From Tubiluchus corallicola (lineage: Eukaryota; Animalia; Priapulida): DNA of 64,000 bases. The notes below the pieces were generated by a model. It worked only from the letters and a program-made list of their open reading frames with translations, made no database searches and was not told the origin of the DNA. The first letter of the stretch is position 1; each line of letters opens with the position of its first letter. A program made the position numbers and the translations under genes. The DNA lies in contig JAQGDQ010000184.1 of assembly GCA_030141605.1 (NCBI GenBank), positions 362,210 through 426,209 of the forward strand. Direction: 5' to 3'. Positions 15,176 through 28,014 of this stretch are shown piece by piece.

Positions 15176-16262
15176 AGGCATACTTTTGGTAAATGATACA
15201 GCTGCCAAACTTTCAGAAGTAATCCTTGGGCCATTCTAGCACCGTTTTGGAAATTTTTATGAAAATTTCGCATTTTGGCCCACTGTCCCAGGATGCTAAC
15301 CTATTAAGAAAGGGATCTTACACTTTGGAGGCTGACAGCTCCAAAACTTTCGCATAGTAAAGTACAGGCCAAGAACAGGGATAACGTCATCTGCGCCTTA
15401 GCCCCATACACCAAATTTAAATAATCCTAACGTTTTGCCACATCTATGCCATTTAGAATCATTGAACGTGTGTTAGCTTATCCATACGCAGTAGGATGAG
15501 TTCAAATGAAATGTGTATCACGTGAAAGGCGCTATGGGATTATGACGTCATTGGCAACCATCCCAAAATAAATTCAAGTACACGTAATACACAATCCGAT
15601 TCTTCGCGAGTGTATTCTTTTCGACAAAACTTTACCATTCAAAATGTTCCTAGAAATGTCATGTGTGCGCTTGGTACCCAGCTAGATTTCGTTCTAGATC
15701 ACGCCAAATTCGAGTGTACTACGATGTAAGAGCTGTAATTTGATATGAGGCTAATTTAGTCTAGTACATAAGTAATTCAGGGAGGTTCATATTGAAAATC
15801 AAATTAACGAGACACTTATGAAATTCGCTGTATTTGCAGAAAGCGTTACCTTCGTAATCCTGTGTAAGCTTTTGCTACTTACTAACGCGAATGCGCCTGC
15901 TTAGCTTACGACGTAATTCAGTTTTCGTATTACAGTCACGCCGTAACAAACGCAATTAGGTCACTAGCAAGCTACTTGAATAGGTGACAATGCCTACAAG
16001 ATAAGTTAATAATAAGACATTACGCAACATTTTCATTTCTTTCATTGATTAGTTAAACCATCATGATTTTGATACCTATTTCCAAAAAGAACTTTAGCAA
16101 CGCGGCAAAATGCAGCCGAAAAGGACTGTCTTTAGCACACACATTTTTAATTGTTAAATCATAAAAGTTCTATCAAGGCGATATCAAGGGATTCTTTAAA
16201 TTGTGTTTACAATAAACCATCGGCTAAGGTTATTTTTTACAGCCAATGAAAGCAACTGGTCT

Positions 16263-17886
16263 ATTCGGTAGCCCCTTCAAGCGTCTCACTTTGAGCCGTG
16301 GTTGAGTTTCCATAGAAACCAATGGATTCGGTAGCCCCTTCAAGCGTCTCACTTTGAGCCGTGGTTGAGCTTTCATAGAAACCAATGGATTCGGTAGCCC
16401 CTTCAAGCGTCTCACTTTGAGCCGTGGTTGAACTTTCATAGAAACCAATGGATTCGGTAGCCCCTTCAAGCGTCTCACTTTGAGCCGTGGTTGAACTTTC
16501 ATAGAAACCAATGGATTCGGTAGCCCCTTCAAGCGTCTCACTTTGAGCCGTGGTTGAACTTTCATAGAAACCAATGGATTCGGTAGCCCCTTCAAGCGTC
16601 TCACTTGAGCCGTGGTTGACTCATAGAAACCAATGGATTCGGTAGCCCCTCACGTCTCACTGAGCCGGTTAGCTTTCATAGAAACCAATGGATTCGGTAG
16701 CCCACCCAACACAAAACCAACCCTCACTTGAGCCGTGGTTGAGTTCCATAGAAACCAATGGATTCGGTGCCCCTTCAAGCGTCTCACTTTGAGCCGTGGT
16801 TGAACTTTCATAGAAACCAATGGATTCGGTAGCCCCTTCAAGCGTCTCACTTTGAGCCGTGGTTGAGTTTCCATAGAAACCAATGGATTCGGTAGCCCCT
16901 TCAAGCGTCTCACTTTGAGCCGTGGTTGAACTTTCATAGAAACCAATGGATTCGGTAGCCCCTTCAAGCGTCTCACTTTGAGCCGTGGTTGAACTTTCAT
17001 AGAAACCAATGGATTCGGTAGCCCCTTCAAGCGTCTCACTTTGAGCCGTGGTTGAACTTTCATAGAAACCAATGGATTCGGTAGCCCCTTCAAGCGTCTC
17101 ACTTTGAGCCGTGGTTGAGCTTCCATAGAAATCAATGGATTCGGTAGCCCCTTCAAGCGTCTCACTTTGAGCCGTGGTTGAGCTTCCATAGAAACCAATG
17201 GATTCGGTAGCCCCTTCAAGCGTCTCACTTTGAGCCGTGTTTGAGTTTCCATAGAAACCAATGGATTCCGTAGCCCCTTCAAGCGTCTCACTTTGAGCCG
17301 TGGTTGAACTTTCATAGAAACCAATGGATTCGGTAGCCCCTTCAAGCGTCTCACTTTGAGCCGTGTTTGAGTTTCCATAGAAACCAATGGATTCGGTAGC
17401 CCCTTCAAGCGTCTCACTTTGAGCCGTGGTTGAGCTTTCATAGAAACCAATGGATTCGGTAGCCCCTTCAAGCGTCTCACTTTGAGCCGTGTTTGAGTTT
17501 CCATAGAAACCAATGGATTCGGCCGCCCCTTCAAGCGTCTCACTTTGAGCCGTGGTTGAGCTTTCATAGAAACCAATGGATTCGGTAGCCCCTTCAAGCG
17601 TCTCACTTTGAGCCGTGGTTGAGCTTTCATAGAAACCAATGGATTCGGTAGCCCCTTCAAGCGTCTCACTTTGAGCCGTGGTTGAGTTTCCATAGAAACC
17701 AATGGATTCGGTAGCCCCTTCAAGCGTCTCACTTTGAGCCGTGGTTGAGCTTTCATAGAAACCAATGGATTCGGTAGCCCCTTCAAGCGTCTCACTTTGA
17801 GCCGTGGTTGAGCTTTCATAGAAACCAATGGATTCGGTAGCCCCTTCAAGCGTCTCACTTTGAGCCGTGTTTGAGTTTCCTTAGAA
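16263..17886. repeat. 63-bp minisatellite, ~26 near-identical units
   Basis: Unit TTGAGCCGTGGTTGAACTTTCATAGAAACCAATGGATTCGGTAGCCCCTTCAAGCGTCTCACT. Variation is mostly in one small segment. Units at ~16600-16770 are damaged. Confidence 0.98.
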
Positions 17887-18629
17887 GCACCACAGGGCGC
17901 CATTTAAAGTACCAATATTAGCCTCACAGTGGTTCATATTATCACATTACTATTAGGTATCTTTTTAGAGCAGTTATTTATTCGAAATTTCTGCTGAATT
18001 TGCGGTATCCGAAAACTGTTTCGCTTAAAGTACGATTGCATGTGTGTAAATCTCCAGCCCATTTTAAAATTTGAATTGAACTGAACTGAATTTGTTTCAG
18101 TTCTCACAATATGCAGCGCTACAGGTCCCTAGCCCTTAATTCTCTTTAACTAATAATTATCTATGCGCAACAAAAATGAGTTTTTACGCAAACTTTATGA
18201 GAGAAAAGTACACTCAATAATTTTTGCTTTTTTACTTTATTTTTGCTTTACAGTCAGTAGATCTGATGACCGGATGGGCCCTTTCCTGCCCTTTCGTTGA
18301 ATAATTTTTTATTATAAATTTACAGTAACAGTTGTATTTTTGAAGAAAAATAAAATTAATTGAATTGAATTATGGCGAATCAACCAAACAAAAGAATTAA
18401 AATGCCGAAAAATTTTGTACTAGTTAAAAAAGATGGGTGTTTCACGTATTCATGTTACGAAAACTGACTCAATGAGTGCACAATATGACGCACATTTCAT
18501 GCAGGTGTTTGCATTTCGCCAAATGTAAGCTCATTGAAAATCTAGAAGTTTACGTCCATTATAAATGAAGATGCGTTCGCAAAATGTCTTGCAAAAACTC
18601 TAGTTGTATTACATCAGTCTAATGCTTTC

Positions 18630-21070
18630 CTTTCAGCACATAGAAATTTTCTCTAACTTTACATTAGCGTAATTTGATATTATGGGCCGCAATATTGTGT
18701 ACAGATAGCGGTACGCTTTCTCCTTATTCCTTTTTATTACTTCTGCAAATATGGTGGTTGTTTGACTAGCATTTATAGAAAACCCAAGGAACGCTGGAAA
18801 ATTCTGTGACATGTTGATAAATACAAGTGCTTTGAATAAATATTTGCAGCTCATTGTATGTTTTAATGGTCTGTTGTTATTTTTATTTAATACTTGGTTC
18901 AGTTTGATTGGAATCTTGACTAAATTAGTAAAAATAGAAAACTCAGACATTTTCAGCGTTATGTTTAAAGGTTCACTAACGTCTGATAGTTCAACAATAA
19001 TTTTAATACATGGTCTGAACACATATGCTATATTGTGCATAACCTATGGGCCGCATAGACTCGCACAGATCTAGTAAAGTAAAAAAAAGAATTTTAAGCT
19101 GACGCCTTCTAAATAGAAAAAAATGACAAATGTGTATTTTTACATGACACCTACCTATTAATTTAATTCTCGTGACAAACTTCGTATTAAACTTTAAAAG
19201 CATCAGCACTTCTAATCGTCTCCATAGGTAGTTTTAATGTTTTGTTGAACTGTACTCGTCTAGTCTATCTAACGAATGGTGATCAGATATTTCTTCAAGA
19301 AATAACATTTTAGCTGCCATTAAATATCAGCGAATGTTGCAAGTGAACGCTAATAGAAAATTGTGCCAATAACAAAAAGCCCGCTAACAATACTGGCAAT
19401 GTTTTTCTTTTTAGTAAGCCATCTTAAATGTCGCAATTGTAGGTTAAAAGCAATGGCAGCATTTCTGAGTTTTTCTATGCATATTGTGTTACTCTCCCAA
19501 TTTTATATCAGTGTTCCCTTGCAACTTTTAATATGGCTTACTAAAGTGAAAAACAGTGACAGCATTGTTAGTCTGCGTTTTGCTACTGACACAGTTTTCT
19601 ATCAGCGTTCATTTGCATCATTTATGATGGCATACTAAAGTGAAAAAACAGTGCAGCATTGTTAGTCTGATTTTTGTTACTGGTACAATTTTCTATAAGA
19701 ACTTTTAGTGTTCACTTACCACATTAACATTTCTGAATTGTACATAGAATTTGCAGATTACGAATTACTTATAGCCCCCATACGATCGTTAGTTAGTTGA
19801 TTGACTAGTCTGAGCTCCGGCTTTTGCATGCACGTCTTCATCAATTCCTCAACGCGCGTCCTTAATTCTTTTTGATCTGGTTAATTATCTGGAATTTAGC
19901 CAACCACTTTCTTATCGTCGACGTGCCAGTTGTGTCATCTGATTTACTGAAGCTTTGGGAGTTTCTGAAGCCTCAGAAAAAGATCATTATCATACAATAC
20001 TGATACGTAATTATTTCTATGGTATAGTTATTGATGTGGCATTTCTCACTATATTCACTATATATGTTTCAAGCATTTCACTGTTTATCGTAACGCTCCA
20101 ACAAGCCTGGTTTGTATTTTAATTATTTTTATTTAATTAAGTTATTTTCTCAATAATGTTGTTTAAAGATAATAAATTTTATCTCACTTCATCTGCTGAT
20201 GTTGACGTTTCCATAAACTCATTGTGAAAACATTCACTATGAAGATGCAATTTAGCAGTTAGAAATGCTATTAGAAAATCCGACCTGCTGCTTTAAAAAA
20301 GTTTCTTTAAAAAGCAATTCAAAAAAGCAACATAGGCATAATCGAGAATCATGAAATTATAAGTTTCAAAAGTGTTTGGCAGACACATTAAAATCCTTCA
20401 GTTTTTATCTTTTGCTAATCAGCTAGCTCTATCGTTCATCTTTGACATGTCATACATGTCCAAAGCCAATGATACAGTCATTATTGATGATTTTTTTTAA
20501 TTGATAACATGTTTGTTTACAAATGAGCATACTTAGAAGCATAACTTATTGCCATTGTTACGCCGAACCATTGTTAAATTAGGGATCAATCTCCATTGCT
20601 GGTCGCTTAATAACTGGGAACTTTTTCCACAAAACTTTGCAAAATAACGCCAGATTATTTATCTTTTACTGCATGATCTTTCCAGTCTTTCTTGCTTCTA
20701 TATAATCAATCGCTTTTAGTGCTCGACGACTTTTCCTTTATTTCTTATATGGGCATGATTTTTCCACTTGATAAGTCTTCATTGTTTCATTAGATCAACG
20801 TGTTTCGCATTCACATTAGTTGGCACTACATACTTTCCGAACTAGGTTATACTATCACTTACATTAACATTGTTGCAGGTCTAGAGATTGCCAAAACTAA
20901 ATTTGTCGTTACGAATGCTTTGGTGTCATTATTATTAACGATCATCATGCAGGCAACTTCCTCAACAACATCGCTGTTGTTGTTTAATAAAGCATTATTA
21001 TTCGTGCACTGGATTACAAATGCTACTAAAGTTGTCAACATCTTTCTGGACTGTGGATCACCCACTAATG
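18630..21070 (-). mobile_element. Highly decayed CR1/L2-type LINE reverse transcriptase, fragmented and interrupted
   Basis: Minus-strand pieces occur in the expected order: 'EEVA..I.N..TKA', 'LSDQQW', 'LDMYDMSK', 'SCKYL', 'LYTILRPIISNY'. All are degenerate. Confidence 0.4.
19540..19700 (+). repeat. Short tandem duplication, ~94-bp period
   Basis: actaaagtgaaaaacagtg(a)cagcattgttagtctg...ttttctat occurs twice. Confidence 0.85.
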
Positions 21071-24000
21071 TCAGTTAGAGGAGGGTTCGGGTTAGGGTTA
21101 GGCTTTCGTGCTTGAAAAATTGCATATATGCTTTCAGCAGATTTGAAACCTTCATCTCAATCAGCCTGAAATCCTTTACCATACAAAAATTTAAAGAATG
21201 GATGGGAAAATTTGACAGCATGACATTAAACGGGGATACGGATAAATCCATATAGCTAAATTAGACGCAAATCAAATTACAAAATAATGATATAATATCA
21301 AGTTTTCTCTTTAATTTAAGTTATTATCATCCCGGTTAATAACCACAAGTAAGGGAAACATTTCGTGATATTCACAATCATAAAACATTAGAAACAAACT
21401 TGCTATGACAACGATATTGTAAATATATAACACATCTGAACCTATTACAACTATAAACAGTGAAATAATAGAAATGTTTTAAGTTCAGTAATACTGACTT
21501 TTGGATCGTTTAGTACCACTGCGTCTAATCGAAAAAAAGCTGATACGTGCAGTTACTGGAGCAAAATTTTGTGCTGAATAACGTGCTATAAGCCTATAAA
21601 TGGAAATAATTTGTCCATGGTTATACAGCAAATACAATACCAATATCAAACAACACAAAATGGCGCTGAATAGCGTCATGAGTTTAAGCTGAATAGCGGT
21701 AGCCTATATTTGCACAAAACAAAGCATTTATTCGGAGTCACGTTTATAATAATTTCTTCAAATAGACCTTGGGTGGTATTAACTCAATGAGACACTGCGT
21801 GAAAATATCTGCATTTTTTACTATTGGTGGTGAATAGCATCAATGGTGAATAGCTTGGTGTTTGGGTAACCGAATGGTACTAAATAAATGATAGGGGGTT
21901 GGTAACATGAAATGCGGCGTCCAATGTATGACTTCTTGACTATGACTTCTTTGCTCTAATGGTGACATCACGGAAATAATTCTTAATGACAAGAATATGC
22001 CCAATTACAAAAACATCCTACATTAAAGAAAATAAAAGATACACGATGTTTCAATCCATCATTAGATTATCTGCAGATGAAAAAGAAAAAGTAAGTAAAT
22101 ACGATCGCCGAACACTGATGTTTTTATTTTGTAACAAAAATATATAGTAAAAACTGGAGGACAGACCGCATACAAAGGAATACAATCACAGAAGGAGCAC
22201 ATAGTTCATAGTAAATAAAAGCCATAAGAGAAAAACAAAAAAGACACCACCCTTCTAGTCACAACAATACAATAGCAAAAATCACAATCAGTATATGCTA
22301 CACTAACACCAGAAAAGGTGTAATGACTAGCAGAAGTCCCTAGGATTATATGTCAAGACATTTAACTTACCGCTTGAAGTGGGTTAAGCAGAAAAAGTAA
22401 AAACAAAACTGTTTTATTTGTAATATCTTATCAGAGGATATGATTAACGAAAAACCATGGTTTGTGTATACCAGAAAGTAAGCCACAAAATTATATTGTT
22501 AACGAGGCTTAAATTTACCTAATAACTTAAATGCCAGATTTAAATAATTATTAACAGGCGTATCAGAAATTCTCTTAAGTAAACACTGAGATGTTTAGTA
22601 GTGTTGCTTGAAGGGAAAATAAGTCTAAGATTATTAAAATTAAACTTATGTCCAGTTTCTTTTTCATATGGTTATCAATGCCATTTTGAATTTTATGTCA
22701 CGTCTACTTTCCCCAACACAGAATTTCTGACAAAATAAAATGCATGAGGCTTTGCAGACAAAACCATTACTTTTTAATTCACGAAAGCTATTATAAAAAC
22801 AACACCGAAGACAATTTATCATTGTATCATTTATCAGTTGCAATTCTGTCTTTGCTGTTGTTATTGTTTTTCCGTCCCTTCCGCCATGCTTCTCAATCTC
22901 CAAATTTCTTCACTGTTTTCTATATCATAACTCTGCTGTGGCTTAAACCACCATTCACAGCAATACGTGCAGGCATAGCTACACTGATTGTATGCAGGAC
23001 TTTTATAGAAACTCCTCAGATTCAGTAAAGAGAGTTCTCTAGCTCGTTGCACTCCTAGATGACAAATAACGGTAATTAAGCATCAGGAAAACATGCAGAA
23101 TATTCTCGTTGTCATGGTAATAATGAAGCTGGAGAGGTATATGCTTGAAGAAATAATCTTAATTTCAGATTTTTCGTTTCATTGGCTGTCAATCAAGCGT
23201 GCAAATATTATTCTATAAGCAAATTTACATTTCGCCAATAACCGGACGTACTTCATTGTATGGTATACACACGCACACATCAAGACATCACTTCCTTAAA
23301 ACAATTGGCTAACAGCTAACTAACTGGCGGAGGCGCTAAAACATTGTTAGTCAACCTGAATTTGAACACAAAACCCGCGTTTTCATGACACGCGCTCTAC
23401 CATATGACCCGCTGACTCACCATGGCAAACCTGGTCCAGTTCACCCACGCGCGCACGCGCACAGATCTGGTTACATCGTTCTGATTACATTAATGTACAA
23501 TGTTACTAACGACATCTGTAAGTCCTTGATGAGTGGCGATTTTTTCCAAAAGTAATAAGTCTGGTAATAAAGCTTATACTATTTTATAAGTGTATTTATA
23601 TACATATAATAAATAATAACAATGGAGATGCTGATGATGATGAATGATGATGACGACGACCACAACGACAGCGACAAGGACAACGACAATGACATCTACA
23701 ACAACAGCAACAACGACAATTCCATCGAAGAATTTTACACTATCGGCTCAACTTTAGGCAGGAATAAAACAGTATAATTTATAATTACTCACATTTTCCC
23801 AAATATAAGTGTACATGTGTGTCACTGCGGACTGGCACTCAGGCTCATACGCATCAAACGTAGTTACCAAAAAACATCAACTTATTTCATTGGAAATAGT
23901 CCGCTTTGAGTGGTTTCTTGAGGTTTTACTGAATAGTTGTTGTTGTTGTTGTTTTGTCTTATATCATTTCAAGAATTGCTTAGAGATGTTATCGGAGAGA

Positions 24001-25519
24001 TAATATTTCACCGTAAGTTTTCAGGGTCTTCGTGAAGCAAGTAACTACTTTCTGCAAAAATCGTTTCAAGCTAGTTTACACCTAAAACTAGAGCAATGCG
24101 TAGCGTAGGCGGCCCTGTTAATTACTGATACGTAATTGCGAAGAAAATCACTACTGAAGCATTTCACCTTGTATAGGGAATAACATCCTAACTGAAAGGC
24201 TAGCTGGTAGCATTAAGTTACGTGTAAATAAATAAATTATTTAACCAAGAGGATAAATAGTTAAATCAACTGGTAAATGAATAAATAAATAAATAAATTG
24301 ATAAATAAAACGGAATGACATGAATTCGTGAACTATATCCTAATTTTGTATTAACAAAAATGGATTATTAATGTACTCATAATGCATATGTGTATGTTTA
24401 TTGCGAAATAAATCTATGGACATAAGCGTAATGTGCAACGAAAGACGAATGTATCAGAACTAGACTAATAGGATAACAATCTTTTAAAAGCTGACAAACA
24501 GTTAAAAACAGGTAACTTACGTAGCCTAAATAAATGATAAGTTAACGCGTCACGTGATCTAGTTGCCCTTGACAGTGGTTCGTCATTAATAAATTTATAA
24601 TAATTTAATTTGGACTTGGCAAAACTACTGCTGCACTTGCGGGAAATTGTAAATGCAGAGAAAAGGCATGCCTGCGTGGTCAGTTTGTATTGCTACTGAA
24701 TAAGCTCAAGCACATTATTTAGTTCACGTAGATGATGTTTCTGACCTTCTCTAGTGCTGACCACTCTGTCAAGAAAAGAATTCTCTTGAGCCTTTAAGAG
24801 AAACTTGCTAATTACGTTTGCAGGCAAGTGAATAAGACTTCGTTACGCACTACTAATGTGCTGCGGCTTTCTCGAGGGGTTCAACTTCGTAGTACTTATT
24901 TTAGTATCAACTTTAAGGCTTGTTTAATATTTATGTAAGAAGATACGTATATTTGATTACTGTAGTATTAGCCACCGAAATGCTTAATTAGATTTGAAAC
25001 CAATTTCTTGGGGATTTTAAATGACATATCAACGTTACGTGCAGTTTTAGTCACTTCAGTGGGATAATGACGCTCATTCAGCTAATGGAAAATAACATTC
25101 TAGAACCAAAACACAGAAAACATCAAAGCACTGAAAGATTGAAAAATCTAGCAAGAGATTTGGCCTCATATTTTTATTTACTAAATGTACCTTCCCCTCT
25201 CGCTCCACAAACGTACACACCACTTCTCTCCTTAAACAGCCGAAGTTTACCGCCTAGTAAATAACATTTTTATTTGCCATAGAAATATTAAGACACTCAA
25301 AATTACTCACTTCTGATGCAACTTTAAACGTTAAATATATTTACAAAATAACTATCAGCAAGGTTAAATAGTTAGTTAAATGTTAATTATTGTCTTCAAT
25401 AGTCTGACGCTATTACCTACTATCAGTGCAGTCATAATCGTGATTGATATTTCATACATTATACTATTTCATACATTATACCTCTGTGTATGTGTTGTTT
25501 CAATGTTGGCGATTAATGA

Positions 25520-25617
25520 TTTTATCTATTTATCTCTATCTATCTGTCTGTCTGTCTGTCTGCCTGCCTGTCTGCCTGCCTGCCTGCTACTTACATCTAT
25601 CTATCCATCCATCTATC
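25520..25617. repeat. Compound tetranucleotide microsatellite (TCTA/TCTG/CCTG)
   Basis: Directly visible. Confidence 0.9.
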
Positions 25618-26105
25618 GGCAATTTAATATGGCCTGGGCTAAACGAAGTCTGCTTTAATGTGTTAAGTTCTCATGTTGGTGAATTTTATGTCTTTATTAC
25701 TCACACTAGTAAAAGAGTATTTTGTTTGTTGCAACAGCGCAAAAAAGTGATCTAAATAAACCCAATTTCAAACGTATGAGGTAATAGCCCTGAAATAATA
25801 CTGACTTTGCAGCGGTTGCTTTTAACGTGAGAATTTCGCTTTTGGCAAAGCAGCAACCACAAAGCAATTGTCAACTAAATTCCTAATTTTTATTCAGATT
25901 TTTATTTATTTGGTTTTGTTCTCATAAGACAGAGAATTTCTAACTTAAGACAATTTGAACTTTTTGGCAGAGAAATGTTTGTATACAACGTGGAGAAGAA
26001 ATTGATCTGTGCGTTTGCATAGTAAAATATAGGCTTCTTAAAGTCAGCTAGTTTTTTTAGCTGCTCGTGACTCCCAAAACGTATAACACTGTCTTTGGTA
26101 TTGTT

Positions 26106-26490
26106 ATTCATTGATTTTTGGCATTCGTGATTCGTGATCTATTTATTGCTTGTGATTCCATCACTGTGCGTTCACACCAGCGAGTTTTCTCGCCAAGTAA
26201 ACTCGATTAGCTTGTAAGCGTGTAGAAAACTTCCTGCGAATTGCAGCGAGTTACTTCTAAACATTGTGGTCGCGCAAGAAAACTTGCTAACAATATTATT
26301 AATTAGTTAGATTATGACTGTGATTGCAAGAATGTTTATAAACATTGCCGTTTATTTTTATACAATTATTACCCATTGCGGGTAATGAGTAGGAGAAAGA
26401 AAAGAGGCGCTGACTAATTGTGGATGGTCGGGATTTGAAACCGAGACGTGGGTTTAATACTCTTTTGCTCTGCCAGCTGAGCTACTCCCA
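26106..26490 (-). mobile_element. tRNA-derived SINE-like element (left arm of a palindrome)
   Basis: Minus strand begins TGGGAGTAGCTCAGCTGGCAGAGCA...GGTTTCAAATCCCGACC, i.e. a Pol III A box and a B box, followed by a ~310-bp body. Confidence 0.7.
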
Positions 26491-26833
26491 GGTCTTGGGT
26501 TCAAATCCCAACTAGTCCACATTTTTCAGGGTTTCCTTGCTTTCTTCAACTCAGTAATCGCAATGGGTAATAATTGTTGAAAATATACCGTAATAGTTTA
26601 TAAACACTTTTGCAATCACAGTCATAATCTAACTAATTAATAATATCGTTAACAAGTTTTCTCGCGTGGGTTTTCTCTCTGACAACATTGTTTAGAAATA
26701 ACTAGCAGCAAGTTTTCAACACGCTTACGAGTTAATACGAGTTTACTTGGTGAGAAAATTCGCTAGTCTAAACCCGCCGTAATGGAATCACAATCAATAA
26801 ATAGATTACGAATCACGAATACCAAAAATGAAT
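26487..26833 (+). mobile_element. 5'-truncated inverted copy of the same tRNA-derived element (right arm)
   Basis: B box GGTTCAAATCC at 26498-26508. The body is the reverse complement of 26106-26450 (e.g. tgcaatcacagtcataatctaactaattaataatat is exact). Confidence 0.75.
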
Positions 26834-27869
26834 GGATAGACATATCGCAGTCATAGTTTAACCAATTAAAGATAAACTTATTGATAGAATAGCAATAAAT
26901 GAGTTTTGGTAAGGAATGTTCGTGAGCATGCGCGCCATTGCTTCTAGCCGACCAATCAACAAATGACATTCGTCGTCTTGTCGAAAATCACCCATTTGCC
27001 TGCTGTTGCTGGATGTGAAAACCCACCCTCTCACCACCCACTAATAAAATACGAATGTAATTTTTGTGTGAACTTTAGGTTTAGGTACTTTTAACATTGC
27101 AGTGTTTTTTTCTGTGGTGTGGAATTTTTATATATAATGTACCACTATATATTGTTGAGACTGCTTGACTAGGCGTTTAATATAATTTTGCAATGTATTG
27201 CGATATTGAAACCATGCTTTATTATGTTTATCATCATAGATGCAAGCAATACTGTGATTAATATAGTCACGTATTTGGGTGTGCCCCACTTTTTTTGCTT
27301 TGCTAAATTGAATATATTGTCATTTTAATAAATGACCTCATTTTATCAACTAATTTCGTTCTTGGTGCTTTTGCAAAAAACTAGCTTGGCTCAGCCAATT
27401 TTACCTTTAGGTCGGTTTTGTGAACATTAGCTTACAAAAATGGTAATTTGTATCATTTGGCACTTTTGTAGCCACACGCTGTTGCTGCATCTCACAAAAA
27501 GTTTATGATGCTTGTTAGTTAAAATTGAGTAAGAAAAATTTATTATGGGTATTATCGTTTAAATTTCGTTTTGATGCAGCTTTATTAATAGACGTAATGT
27601 ACATGTTCTGCGCTTGTAATGATGATGAAACCTTTTGTATAAAATTGGATCATAAATTAATTTCAGCACAGACTGATAGCTAATAAATAATCGCCGAAGG
27701 AAATGAGATTTGCATAAAGCGGATAGAAGTGGAGAAATGAGTGGACGACAACAGAACAGACACGATAATGATGTTGTGTGTCACATTAGAAGATTAAGCG
27801 AAATGGATGAATGTTGGAATAATTCATAATATTAGTAATTCTAATTTTCGGTATTGCTGTCGAAGGCTA

Positions 27870-28014
27870 AAGTTTACAATTCCTCACACACAAGAAATTT
27901 GTCTGTGAAGCGGATTAGGTTAGGGTTGGAGTTAGGGTTATGGTTGGATTAGGGTTGCGGTTAGGGTTAAAGATAGGGTTGGTGTATTTAAATTGCGTGG
28001 GGAATTGTATACTT
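27870..28014. mobile_element. Small MITE-like element with a degenerate (TTAGGG)n core
   Basis: aagtttacaattcctcacac and gcgtggggaattgtatactt form ~20-bp inverted termini around ttaggttagggttggagttagggtt... Confidence 0.6.

Noticed and set aside
16263-17886. CRISPR array interpretation of the regular repeat
   Set aside because: Units are contiguous with no unique spacers, there are no cas genes, and the context is eukaryotic.
16650-17903. 417-aa (and 124-aa) basic repeat ORFs as real proteins
   Set aside because: They arise automatically from a stop-free 63-bp unit. Unit variants are non-synonymous in this frame and there is no recognisable domain.
26421-26490. Functional tRNA gene
   Set aside because: A and B boxes are present, but the acceptor and anticodon stems are poor and the head is fused to a repeated body, as in a SINE.
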